Assembly (NCBI GenBank): GCA_965112155.1 | Contig: OZ218105.1 | Source: Podarcis liolepis | Lineage: Eukaryota | Strand: one strand, 5' to 3' | Length of the DNA stretch: 64,000 nucleotides | Shown here: positions 12,768-24,468 of the stretch, one piece after another | How the letters are laid out: each line of letters begins with the position of its first letter | How positions within the stretch are numbered: the stretch's first letter is position 1 | Notes under the pieces: model-generated | The model's input: only the letters and a program-made list of their open reading frames with translations | Databases searched by the model: none | Told to the model about the DNA's origin: nothing | Translations under genes and position numbers: made by a program

Positions 12768-13589
12768 GTATGTAGGCCTGTCAAACATAATGTGTACCTC
12801 TTTGCGGTGTTTAGAATTTTGAAAGATCAAGATTCCTATATTTATATTCTCTCTCTGGATTTTGAAACATGCCTTGGCTCACAGTTTTTCAACTTTTAAA
12901 TTTTGTATTGTAAATCTGCTTTTCAAAATTTGGAAACGGTTTCACATTCATCATTCATTACAGAGGTGACATGTTTCTTCCTTAACAGTATCATTTATTT
13001 GGTTCCTAATATTCACCAAGAGCAAATTATCTGAAATTTTCAGTTTGAGTAGAAGTTAAGAGACCAGGTCATAGCAGAAATTAGGAGTAATATGCACCTG
13101 AATTGCAGATTCATTCCATGGTGCCATCAATTATGCCTGTTTAGTTGCACTGGATGGCATTCTTTTTTTTAATGTTATACTGAGTTTCTTTTTTGGCTTA
13201 TAAACAGATTACCTATCACCTTTTAGGATTATACTAGTAAACTGAGGAGTGCTTCAGATTTCATGAATGCATTAATCAGAAAACATGTAGAAAAAAGCAT
13301 GTGAATCCTAGTAGATTGTTACAGCCTGGTGATTGCACATGCTTCTGTGCAGTTTCCCTCACATCTCTGTGCAATTAGCCATGACTTCCTGGCAGATGCA
13401 ATAAATTAGAAACATGTAGCATCACCACATATGATAATTTCTACACAATTTCCATACTTTTTGCTAATATATTATTGGTGTTTGATCTGGCTCTTGCAGT
13501 GGCTATGCACAGATCACTCTGTACTTTCATCACTTCACTTTATTGTAGCGCATGACTGCTAATGTATGCTTGCCTTTTATCTTTTTCAG

Positions 13590-13765
13590 TCCTTACTCAG
13601 TTCTATGAAACATGCCTGTGAAATTCTTACAAAGGATCCAGAAGGTGGAGCAGCCCGCATTCCATATGACACTTTTGCATTTATCTATAGCTACTTGGCT
13701 AGCTTAGATGAGGAGATAACGGAGGAATCTACTGAGAAATTCCTCAAGGCTCTTAAAGAACAAGT
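13590..13765 (+). CDS. ROPN1L: ROPN1L coding exon 4
   Basis: ctttttcag acceptor, GT|gtaagt donor; SLLSSMKHACEILTKDPEGGAARIPYDTFAFIYSYLASLD...LKEQ. Confidence 0.96.
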
Positions 13766-14454
13766 GTAAGTATTAATTGGATGTCTGAATGTAATACAAT
13801 CCAGATTTGGCTTGGAACTGCATTTTAGTTAAGCAGGCTCTTTTTATTTGTTCTTCTGAAGCTATGGTTTTCACGATCAGATTAACATATTATTTTTTCA
13901 CCAGTTTTGAAGGAGAATTGCTCTTTGAAGTTTCCCCTGTAGCTGCTTCTTGCAGCTTCTTACAATGTAGTTTGTACAGTTGAGTTGAGAATTTGGTTAC
14001 CGAAAGAAAAAATAAAACAGCAATAAAAAGTTTAAAAAATATTAATAATATTTGCCTGTTTTAAATTGAGAATTAAATTAGAGTGGAAAATATTAATCTG
14101 CACTGAGGCTTATGCTAACCATGGTTACCTTTAATCCTAGCTTGCAAACCAGTTTCAAATTCTGTTTAAAGTCAGCTAGGGTTAGGCTTGCTGCAAACGT
14201 AATTCTACTCAATACTTTAGGCTGAAAAATGAAGGGATAATGAGATTAATGTGGCAGTCGAGAGGAGAAAACGTGCCTTTGTCCTGATCTTTTAACCATG
14301 GTTAAGAGATTGGGAAACTGGCTGTAGTCAGATCTAACAGTAAGCAGTGGTTCAGTGTAATGAAAATGTGCCTAGCCTCCCCCATGCTTGTGTAGGTTCC
14401 CTGCACCCCATCCACTCCTCCAGCATGGCGATAATTAGGACACTGGAAGCTTAG

Positions 14455-14555
14455 GTTCATAGAAAGCTGGGTCCTACTGGGCCATCTAGTATTGTCTATA
14501 CTGATTGGCTTTGGCTCTCAAACACTTCAGGCAGGGAGTCTTTTCCTACTTGGGT
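14455..14555 (-). mobile_element. Degenerate fragment of the tRNA-derived SINE family seen at 22803
   Basis: gggccatctagtattgtctatactgattggc ... tcaggcagggagtcttttcc is the reverse complement of that SINE body. Confidence 0.5.
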
Positions 14556-15315
14556 ATGCTTCCCTTTTAGATTAACCATAGCGTAGCATGTGGTCCAAAC
14601 TCTTGTGTGGTCAATTTTAACTATGGTTAGTGAAAACAAGCCAGCTTCACAAACTATGGCTTGAAGTTGGCTCATTTCCCCTAGCTGTAGTTCAGATTAA
14701 CCAGTTTGTCTGGATTTGGATGATATGGCAAGCCGCACACAGTTAATCTAAAATAGTGGAAGTTTCTAAACTCATGTCAGAGAAAATTGAGTCCATGTGT
14801 CAGCCCAGGGGCAGGCCGTTACATTTGCAATGGGTCAAGATGTTAGACTATTACATCTATGCAGTATTGTGGTATCTAGCATATAATTATGGGGATGGCC
14901 ATGCTTAGAGAAATATATTCAAACTACTTTTCACCTCCAAATACACACTTTCTTTTAGTAAAGGCTGGATATGATATGACCTTAACAGTTCACTACATTA
15001 TAACCCACCTTATTAATAGGGTAATATTAATATATTATTTTGGCTGTTATATTATAATGCTGGTATCCTAGCTTATGGATGATGTACATGATTTAAACAA
15101 GAAGGTAGATTTGAGGATCTAGCTTGTGGAATAGAAATATCCCTATACACATCTCTGAAAATATTACCGTGAGTTCCTCTTATTTTATGCAAATGTTTTC
15201 ATGTTAGAATTGCATCCAAATGGGATGAGAGGAAGTACCACAGAATGAATGTAAACTGAAATTAAGTTTCTTTGGGCATTAATAATGAAAAGTAATACCT
15301 TTTCTTGTAATTTAG

Positions 15316-15373
15316 GTCACGCAAGGAGGATATGGTTGGAGTTGCAGATTTCCGTCCGCTAAAGAAACCTTAA
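15316..15373 (+). CDS. ROPN1L: ROPN1L last coding exon (spliced CDS 651 nt, 216 aa)
   Basis: aatttag acceptor, phase matches exon 4; (V)SRKEDMVGVADFRPLKKP-TAA resembles the RKNGMIGLSDF tail of mammalian ROPN1L. Confidence 0.85.
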
Positions 15374-15488
15374 ATCAGGACTTAAGAGAATGTGGAATAA
15401 CATAACATTATCTGACATAAAGTACAGATTTTTAAAGTTAATAATATGCTACCTGTAGTAGTGTCCTTTATGTTCATGAAATTGTGAA

Positions 15489-15687
15489 GGAGTCTCAAAG
15501 CGGCTAACATTCTCCTTTCCCTTCCTCCCCCACAACAAACACTCTGTGAGGTGAGTGGGGCTCAGAGACTTCAGAGAAGTGTGACTAGCCCAAGGTCACC
15601 CAGCAGCTGCATGTGGAGGAGCGGGGAAGCGAACCCGGCTCACCAGATTACGAGTCTATTGCTCTTAACCACTACACTACACTGGCT
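15489..15687 (-). mobile_element. tRNA-derived CORE-type SINE
   Basis: Minus strand has A box TAGTGTAGTGG, B box GGTTCGCTTCC and core-like GGGTGACCTTGGGCTAGTCAC. Confidence 0.8.
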
Positions 15688-16878
15688 GTCTTCAGATGTC
15701 TTCTAAACGTCATGTTTATTCCTTTGACATCACCAGCTCAATATATATTCAACTTTGAACTTGCACAAGGTTGTCTTGAGTCAGCTGATTCAGACCTTCA
15801 CTCTCATAAAGAAATGGATTAATTGCTTTAGAGTGCAGGTGATTTAATTTAGGGGAAATAAGATGACATGTTTCCTGTTTTTGTAGGATCAGCAAGTTAG
15901 TAATTAGTAATCTTGAAAAGATGCTGACTTGGTTAACGATCATGTCTGCAAAATACATAAGCCTTGTTTTCCTCCCAAGTATTTCAACATGCTAGCTAGC
16001 CCCAATCCAGTATCGTTAGCATGATGCCCTTCATGTTCTATTGAAGCAGGTCTAGGTAGGAAGAGGAGAGTATTTGTTTTACAAAAGAGGGACATGTTTG
16101 TGTCTCCCACTCCTTATGAAAGAGGAAACGTGTAGTAAGATCCTATGTGGCACCCCTGGAAACAGTAGCATCCAAAGAGACATAAAAAAGACATTCATAG
16201 AATGGTGGAGCAGGAGTAGCAGAGCCGATTCCCCCCCCCCCCCCAAACTGCTATTATGTTAGTAAAAGAGGATGGGTGCTCTGTGAACAAGCCCCTAAGG
16301 GCCTCTGGCCTCATGTACTCTCCCACCCTTCTTCACAACTTCCAGGATCATTATAGGATTTGTGTGCAAGTGCAAGCCAGTTTGCTGGTTTTCTCAAATT
16401 GCAAACTCTAGTTTGCTACAGGTAGACGTGTGTGAATGTTGTCAATTTTGGTTTTTCATTTTTCAAATCTTAATCAGTTCTCCACATTTTTGCTCAGTCC
16501 CTCCTGCGGTTGCCCATCCAGCTACCCTCTCCCTCTACTGCCACAAGGCTATCTGGCAGACTGCTTCATCAAATTTAAGAAACTACCATCTGTCTTGGAA
16601 GGAAGAAGTGGCTCTCAAATGTTCCTGCAAATATACTTGAGTTAATACATGCAAGTTTTATGTTTTGAGTCCCGCAAGAATTTACATTCTTCCAAGCTAC
16701 TCAGAACTCACCTGAATGTAGTAGTAGTAGTTGTTGTTTGGTAATATGAACATTCTTAACTCTGCAGGGCTGCCGCCATCTTTTAATAATCCTGTATCTG
16801 TAAAATAATTTCCAGATGCGACTTTGGACCTTTCTGACCATCATCTGAAAACACGAAAACCAAAGATGTTCTTATATA

Positions 16879-17131
16879 CAGTGGTGCCTCGCAAGACGAA
16901 AATAATTCGTTCCGCGAGTCTTTTCGTCTTGCGATGTTTTTCGTCTTGCGAAGCACGGTCCGTTGCAACTGCGCCTCTTCAAGCGGCTTTAAGAAAAAAG
17001 CGCAAGACGTTTTCGACTTGCGAAGCAAGCCCATAGGGAAATTCATCTAGCGAAGCAACGCAAAACCGAAAAACCCTTTCGTCTAGCGAGTTTTTCGTCT
17101 TGCGAGGCATTCGTCTTGCGGGGCACCACTG
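16879..17131. mobile_element. Tc1/mariner-type MITE, family B
   Basis: TA|CAGTGGTGCCTCGCAAGACGAA ... TTCGTCTTGCGGGGCACCACTG|TA. Confidence 0.9.
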
Positions 17132-17133
17132 TA

Positions 17134-17351
17134 CAGTGGTTCCTCGGGTTACATACGCTTCAGGTTACAGACTCCGCTAACCCAGAAATAGTGCTTCAGG
17201 TTAAGAACTTTGCTTCAGGATGAGAACAGAAATTGTGCTCCAGCGGCACGGCAGCAGCAGGAGGCCCCATTAGCTAAAGTGGTGCTTCAGGTTAAGCATA
17301 GTTTCAGGTTAAGAACGGACCTCTGGAACGAATTCAGTACTTAACCCGAGG

Positions 17352-17355
<4 letters not shown>
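17134..17355. mobile_element. Tc1/mariner-type MITE, family C; right end replaced by microsatellite
   Basis: CAGTGGTTCCTCGGGTTA ... TAACCCGAGGTACC; near-identical to 35472 and 50468. Confidence 0.88.

Positions 17356-17419
<64 letters not shown>
17355..17419. repeat. (CT)n(GT)n compound microsatellite
   Basis: Direct reading. Confidence 0.95.
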
Positions 17420-17420
<1 letters not shown>

Positions 17421-18914
17421 ATGCTGGGTGAAAAATAGCATTGGCTAAGATCAGCATAGGGCCACAGTTTATACTGCCATTACATCAGGGTAAGTGTTCA
17501 CAGGTTGGACTTGTAGCACAATGCTACAACTTCTTAGCAATGGAACCAGGCCTGAAAGCAGTTTCTTCTCATCATAGGTGACTAGATAACTGCATAATTG
17601 CAATGTCCACTGGCTGTAATTCAGCCCAGAGCAGCCAAATCCCAATAATTGTAATGCGACTTAAAACATGCAAACATAGGCTTCCACCTTTTTGCTAGCT
17701 TTACACAGTCTTTAATCAAAGGGTGTCATCATGCACAAAGCAATATGTGGAGTGGGGGAAAGGGTGGAGTAATTCAAGATAGGAGGGAGGGGATGATTAT
17801 GCCTCAGCAAGAGTACCAAATCATTTCATATGTTTTGTGATTTTCAAATATCACACAGTACAGCTGTAACAATTTTCTTCAGACCTTAGTTGACTTTTGC
17901 TGCCAAATCTGCAAAGCGATCACTCATTGTCTGTCAGCTGGGATCTTGACCTCTGTTTCTTTGTTTCTGCAAGGACACATCATAAATTGCAATATTTGTG
18001 TTAGGTCACAGATGTAACATGGTTTTTTGGACATTCATGTGGTAGGGAGGAATAAGCCCATGAAGCATGCAAATGATCAAAACAAACGAGTGTTCCAAAC
18101 CAGAGAGTCATGAAGAACATAAGATTTATTTAGACCAAGGCAATTTAGGCTACAATCCTAATTCCACTTACCTGGAGAGGAAGGCCCATTGATTTGATAG
18201 AACTTAGACATGGTTAAATTTTTGCTGTTATACTATGACCCAACCATGTTTTAAAACATCAAGAAACTAATTAATTTTGAGTTCAGCCAATTATCTATTT
18301 TGAAATTCTTTTTTTCTTTTTTTAACAAGTCTGCTTACTAACCAATTCCTATGACTCGGGGATGGGAAACGATCCGGCCAGGTTAGATCCTTATCTCCCC
18401 AACCATGTGAAGTTTGACAAGTTATGGGGAGTTTTGCAACATTTGAAATTGGTGCAGGGTCTCAAGGTTTTGGTAGATGCACAACATATAATTTAGGGCT
18501 TCATAAAAGCTGCACCTACTGAAACTCCTACACAACAGCAGTAGAGGAGACAAATTCTCCTTTGCATACCTTAATGCAGGGGGTAGTGAACCTTTAAAAA
18601 GCCAGGTGGGCCAGATTGTTGTTTATCCCCACCCCTGTGGGCCAACTGATAGGTGGGCCCACCTGTCAGTCACAAGTCAGCTGGATGTCAGGCTCTTGGC
18701 AAAGCATCTAGCATAGAGCTGCCAAAGCCTCTTTCTGCAGGAATCAGCAGTGTGATTGACTTCCCCATTGATTCAGCTGCATCTCTACTTGTCTGGCATC
18801 ACATATGACATCATGATGGCAGACTTGGCCTGTGGGTCAGAGGTAGGAATGGACAGGTATGCCAGCTTGGGTTTATCCTTACCTCATTTTTCCAGTCTTC
18901 AGTTCTCCACATTT

Positions 18915-19480
18915 TGTGATGGCTTGGGATTCAGATTCAGATGCTGAACCTGAGGAATCCCAGCCTGCACAGGTTCCCCTGCCTCCAGAACCAGCTGAGC
19001 CGGGGCTGGGGCATGAGCCTGAAGGGTCCTCACCTGTGCTGGATGCTCAGGTGCAGGCACCAGCTGAGTCTGCTCTGGCTCCTGAGGTGGTGGAGGACCC
19101 ATTGCCTGCAGGTGCTCCATTCTCAGCCCCATCAGAGGAAACTGGGGTTGCCTCTGGGTCCAGTAACCCTCCAGCCTCTCCTGAGCTGCAGAGGCTCAGG
19201 GCAGAGAGGCGGAGGGAACTAAGTTCCCGCAGGAGGAGTGCTCGCCTCCAGGCCGGGAGAGGCGAGTCACCTGAGGACCGGGGCCACCCTATGCCTCAGG
19301 GCATATAAAAGCCAGCCAGCCCCAGTCCCAAGTTGTGGGAGCAACGTTGGTGGTTCTCAGTCCCTGCCTGAACCTTGCCCAGCCCCCAGCTTCGACTTTT
19401 ACGAACTGCCTTCATATTGTTTCATCGACCACGGGCTGGACTTAGACCTTGCCTCTTGATTAACCCCCGGGACCAGCACA
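18915..19480 (+). mobile_element. Solo LTR (566 bp), probably Ty3/Gypsy type
   Basis: TGT...ACA termini, perfect 5-bp TSD CATTT (18910-18914 / 19481-19485), TATAAAA at 19304-19310; interrupts an older repeat. Confidence 0.85.
18919..19308 (+). CDS. Putative 129-aa LTR (U3)-encoded acidic/Pro-rich protein with C-terminal RRRSARL motif
   Basis: Uninterrupted ORF from ATG 4 nt inside the LTR to TAA overlapping the TATA box; expression unproven. Confidence 0.45.
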   Translation: MAWDSDSDAEPEESQPAQVPLPPEPAEPGLGHEPEGSSPVLDAQVQAPAESALAPEVVEDPLPAGAPFSAPSEETGVASGSSNPPASPELQRLRAERRRELSSRRRSARLQAGRGESPEDRGHPMPQGI

Positions 19481-19512
19481 CATTTCTTCATCTGTTTGTG
19501 ATTATATCTATA

Positions 19513-19696
19513 CAGTGGTACCTCCGGTTGTGGATGGGATCCGTTATGGAGCTCCGGTCGGATCCCAAGGTTTCTGCAACTGGAGGGACCACTTCTGCAC
19601 ATGCGCACATGGCAAAACCTGGAAAAATACGGGTTTGCCGCGTTCGCATCCTGAAGGATACGCAACCGGAGGTGTGCGTATCTAGAGCTACCACTG
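19513..19696. mobile_element. Tc1/mariner-type MITE, family A
   Basis: TA|CAGTGGTACCTC ... GAGCTACCACTG|TA. Confidence 0.87.
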
Positions 19697-21138
19697 TATC
19701 TCTCTCTCTAAATGTATTGCCAGTAAAATATTTTGAATTTCTCCTAATATACACATTTCTGTATGCAATTTCCCCATATGTTTGAATGCTATTTTTATGC
19801 ATACACGCGCAGTTTACCTTAGTATATGCATTTTTGCACACATTACTTGGCAGGAAAACTACATTGCAAAATTTGGAGAAGTGAGAATTTCAAAGGATGA
19901 TCGTGTTCCAATTAACGTATATTCACCTTTAATGCAAAGCGAATCCATATTTGCCCTCCTGAATCTCTAATGCCTAAGGAGGATGGGGAACTTGTAGCAC
20001 TTTTGACATTAGACTGCAATTCCCATCATGCCTGACCGCTGGCCGGGCTGACTGAGGCTGCTAAGAGTTGGAGGTCATTAGCATCTGAAGGACTATAGGT
20101 TTCTCCTCCCTGCTATAAAAAAAGTGAAGGTGAATGGATGCCCCAATGATGATAAACCTCTTGGAAATGGGCATTTTTTCTCGGGGGTCGCTGTACCAGC
20201 AGCAATGCTTAGTAGGTACAGCCTCACTTCTATTTGCTCTGGATGGATAATTTTGTGAAGTGATACCATTTTTTGCTCCTGGCGAAACAATGTCCTAGTT
20301 TAATCCATTCCTGAGTTTCATGCAATAACAGAGTGAAAACTAGTTCATATAGTCTCAAAAGGTTTCAGATAAATTAATCAGCAGCCACCATAACTCAATC
20401 AAGGTAGTTGCTATTTTCTTAGCAGGTAGCAAAGTCTTGAGATACCTGTGGCTTCCCCTGTAGACCCGCGAGACAGAATAAGCTAGACGTTCTGCTGGCA
20501 GGATGAGGTACTGCAGGTGACTCCAGAATATTTGCAACTTCACATCACTACAATTTTCCAGCACAGCCAGGATAACAAATTATCAGCTTGTCAAAAATGT
20601 AAGAAGCTATGGTGTTAGGTCAGTAGCATTTTCTGTGTGGCTACTGGGATTTGAAGAGGACCCTTCACAGGAAGAGTCTTTACAGAGTAGCCAAATAGCT
20701 AAGGTACACCAATGCAGGCTTGCCCACTCCCTGATTTCTTTAGACATTAAAAATCAAAAGCATACAAAGATATCCTGAAAAGTCAAATATTAATGTTTTC
20801 TTTCAGACTTCTGAGGCAGATAACATTATCTTCGCTAAGCAAGTGTGCATGCATAATTTTCATGCATAATTTTATGAAAAAATGCATTTTGTTATATTGA
20901 ATTCAACTAAAAAACAAAACAAGTGAGAGTCAGAAAGTGCATTTAAAAAAAAAATAAACACTGCTATCTGATTTACATTTATTTAGTTTAAACTGCACTT
21001 AGCTACCAGCACTCATACACACCCGTAGGGATAAATAAGTGTTTGTCAAGGCCAGGGAATCCGGAGGTGAAAAAAGAAAGACAATGCTCAGAATACCTTA
21101 TATAGTTTCCTAGTTTTCACTCTCAGTGTTAATGTTTA

Positions 21139-21500
21139 AAGGTAAAGGTACCCCTGCCTTTATGGGCCAGTTGTGTCCGACTCTAGGGTTGTGTGCCCAT
21201 CTCACTTAAGAGGCCGGGGGCCAGCACTGTCCGTAGACACTTCCGGGTCACGTGGCCAGCGTGACGAAGCTGCTCTGGCGAGCCAGCATCAGCGCAGCAC
21301 ACGGAAATGTCGTTTACCTTCCCGCTATAAAGCGGTACCTATTTATCTACTTGCACTTAGGGGTGCTTTCGAACTGCTAGGTGGGCAGGAGCTGGGACCG
21401 AAAGACGGGAGCTCACCCCGCCGCGGGGATTCGAACCGCCGACCATGCGATCGGCAAGCCCTAGGTGCTGAGGTTTTACCCACAGCGCCACCCGCATCCC
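21139..21500 (-). mobile_element. Sauria SINE, second subfamily
   Basis: 12-bp TSD TGTTAATGTTTA (21127-21138 / 21501-21512); closely matches 40500 copy; CpGs retained. Confidence 0.92.
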
Positions 21501-22189
21501 TGTTAATGTTTAGGTGACTATTAAAAGCAGTCCTGCTCACACTTGAAGGCTGCTATCCTATACATACTTACCTGGAAGTAAGTCTGATTGAACATAGTGT
21601 TACAAAGGTTGCATGCCATGTCCAATCTCTGCTGAGATTCGAGGCATCTTACCCAGGGTCATGTTTCTGTAGGCAATCAAGATGTGGTGGAGACTGTCGT
21701 GACTTTATGATACAGTTTATTTTTCATATATTTACACCAGAAGCTTTCAATGGAGGGAGTGCAGCAGTTATAGCATTCACATCTCAATAGGGGCTTGTTC
21801 ACCCAGTAGTACAGCACTAGATACTCAAGGCTTCTCAAATGCCATCTTCGTGGCTTTGTCCCAGCCTGACAAGATGGATCTGATCTTCAGCTCCCGCATG
21901 GAGTTCTGCCTCCTTCCTCCTCCTTCCCAGAAAACCCTTTGCAAAACAACTCCTCCCCTTCTGTCTGCTCCCCCCACCCCCATTCTCACTATTCCCAGCC
22001 TACTTTTAAAAGGTGACAATTTTTCCTGCAGCCTATATCATTGCTCAGCGTAACTTTGGCAACCTCTATTGGCAAAGACCCAATGATTTATCTGTGATGG
22101 ACCATCCACACGTCATCCGAGGTGAGGCTCTGGCCTGGAAAGGAAGCTTAATCTGTATTTTGTCCCAGTGGCCTGGGATCTTGACTGTG

Positions 22190-23195
22190 GTTTTCTTCTG
22201 GAGTGCCTTGCCAGGAAGGGGCTAGGGAGCACAATGTTGCAGTGGTTCTTGTGTCATCAGAATGCTAATGATATCCAACTCTGTCTTTCTTGTCAATTAG
22301 ATTTTAGGGAGGCAGTGGAGGTCCTGAACTGTTGTCTGTCAGTGATTGACTAGATGTGAACTAACAAGATAAAACGTAATCCAGATAAGACAGAAGTGCT
22401 TTAGGTCAGTAGGAAAGCTGATCTCGGATTAGGTGTACAATCTGTTCTGGACAGGGTTGCTCTCCCCTTGAAGGATCCAGTTCACATCTTGGGAATGGGC
22501 CTAGGTCTAGTCTTGTTAATGGATGATCCATTGACCACTGTAGCCAGGAGTATATTTGCTCAGCTTCTGCTAATGCACCAGCGGCCCACTTTTGCTGGAG
22601 ATGTCAGATCTGGCTACTACTGGGCAAACTGGATTAGTACCACACAGTACCTTTGAAAAGTATTCATAAACTTCAAGTACTTTGAAATACTCCAATTAGA
22701 ATGGCAATGAGGGCTAGCTTCTCAGAGTACAATATTTCAATATTATACTCCCAATATTGGCTTCTGGGCTTAATTCAAAATGATGGTCACAATCAGCACA
22801 AAGGAAGGATGGCAACTCAGTGGTAGAGCATCTGTGTTGCATACAGAAGGTCCCAAGCTCAATTTCCCAGCATCTCCAGGTGTCCTGAAGCACATTTCCA
22901 GCTGGGAGTGTCCTGTCTGAAACTTTGGAAAGTCATGGCCATTTAGTGTGGGCAATACAGAGCTACATGGGCCATTGTTCTGAGTCAGTGTAAGGCAGCT
23001 TCCTGTGTTCCTAACCTTTGAATCCCTAAACGAGTTGCAAACAGGATTTTCAAAAGACCTAATTCTCCCACATGATTCTGCCTACCCATTTAGATATTTG
23101 ACAGTGGCCTTGCTTCACATCCCTCTGCCAACAGAGACACGGTTGGTAGGTATATGGGGCAGGGTCTTCTTGGCTTTAGCATTAAGACTTGGGGG
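22190..23195 (+). mobile_element. Old degenerate L2 fragment interrupted by a SINE
   Basis: Relic RT motifs CHQNANDIQL (from YADDTQL) and NPDKTEV; L2-like 3' region at 23030-23190; boundaries approximate. Confidence 0.6.
22803..23012 (+). mobile_element. tRNA-derived SINE with CR1-like tail
   Basis: ctcagtggtagagcatctg...gcatacagaaggtccc tRNA-like head; tail taaggcagcttcctgtgttccta. Confidence 0.75.
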
Positions 23196-23956
23196 TGGGG
23201 GGAGTTAGTGAACCAGGTCTGGTTTTAATTGATAGAAAAGCAGTACTAATTATAGAATGATCTAACTAGAAAGCAGGTAAAAATAATCCACTCTAGCTCC
23301 TAAATTAAGCAAGAACACACTATGTTGAGTTAAAGTATACCCAACCAATATATTTGTACTTGTTAGATTAATCTGTTAAGGATAATTAGCTCAATCATGT
23401 CAAATTCCCAACGTTTAACCGTTTTTTAGTCCCATCTATAAGTGAGAACAATCTGTTTGTTGTTTATACATATATGTGTGTGTGTGAGTGTGTGTGTGTG
23501 TACGTATATGTATGCATAGTGTTGACCCTTCTGCCGGAAAAGTAATTAAGTATTATACTTGTTTCAGGATTAATTCCTCATGAGGCTGTTTCTGTTCTTG
23601 TTTAATTTTATTACGGTAGCCAATATGAAACATATGAAGGACGTCTCGCTATTTCAACATAATGTTTTCAGTCTTGTAATTTCCCAGATGGGGATGTAGC
23701 AGATGTAGGTGAAGGCAGTTGGCGGATGGACAGACTGGACTACGTCTGGAAATGGTACACCCACACCTGACAGGGGATTTGTTTCCTCAAAGCAGTGATC
23801 TGCATAAGGACTCCTGCTGGCAGCCATCCAGGTGTAGATAAGTTTCCAAATGCTGAAGAGGCAGAGAACCTGCTGTAAAAATGACACAGTTCAGCAGGAC
23901 ATTCTGCACAATTCCCAGTTAAATCAATAGGAACTCCATGAGAATATTGTACATTT

Positions 23957-24468
23957 TGTTGGCATCCATCTATCTTGAGACAATGTAGTGTGCCTCTACG
24001 AGTGAAGTCAAACCGCTACATTAGCATCACCAAACTGACCTCCCCAGGGTGCAAGCCTGAGCAGTGTGTATGGAGGTCATGGGCTGCCCAGACAATAAGA
24101 CCCTCTTCCCAGAATACGTTTGGCGCCAGCTTGGCTGCAGGAGTTATCAGAAGGAGGCGTACGAGGCACCATCCAACCGGCATAGGAACTCCACTCTGGA
24201 TTTGTGTAGGGTTTATTCCTTAGCCTTTTCTTCTCCTGAAGATATGCCGCAAGACAGTAGAGGTTTAGGATGAGTTTTCCTTCTCCTAGACGTGCTACCT
24301 TCCCAGGTGGGTGAGTCCCATCTGCGCCTTACTTCCCTCTACAGCCCATGCAGAAACCATCTTCTTGACCGTTGGATCCACTATTGGTCTCATATGCTCA
24401 ATCCACCGGAGCCTGTCTTTGTATGCAGGGGAAGACCCTAACACACTGAGGGTTTAAGACCCATCAGC
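23957..24468 (-). mobile_element. Probable non-autonomous (internally deleted) RTE-clade LINE derivative
   Basis: Minus strand has an RTE 5'UTR-like block (gtctaggagaaggaaaactc...aaacctctactgtcttgcggc) joined to an RTE-like 3' end (cattgtctcaagatagatggatgccaaca); assignment from recall. Confidence 0.5.

Noticed and set aside
21173-21517. Similar 110-114 aa ORFs here and at 40535, suggesting a duplicated gene
   Set aside because: Both are antisense frames of Sauria SINE copies
21564-21575. U1 snRNA gene or pseudogene
   Set aside because: Only the first 12 nt match; what follows is a dispersed hairpin repeat
22803-22880. tRNA gene (also heads at 15620-15687 and in Sauria SINEs)
   Set aside because: SINE heads with degenerate cloverleaf, continuing into SINE bodies
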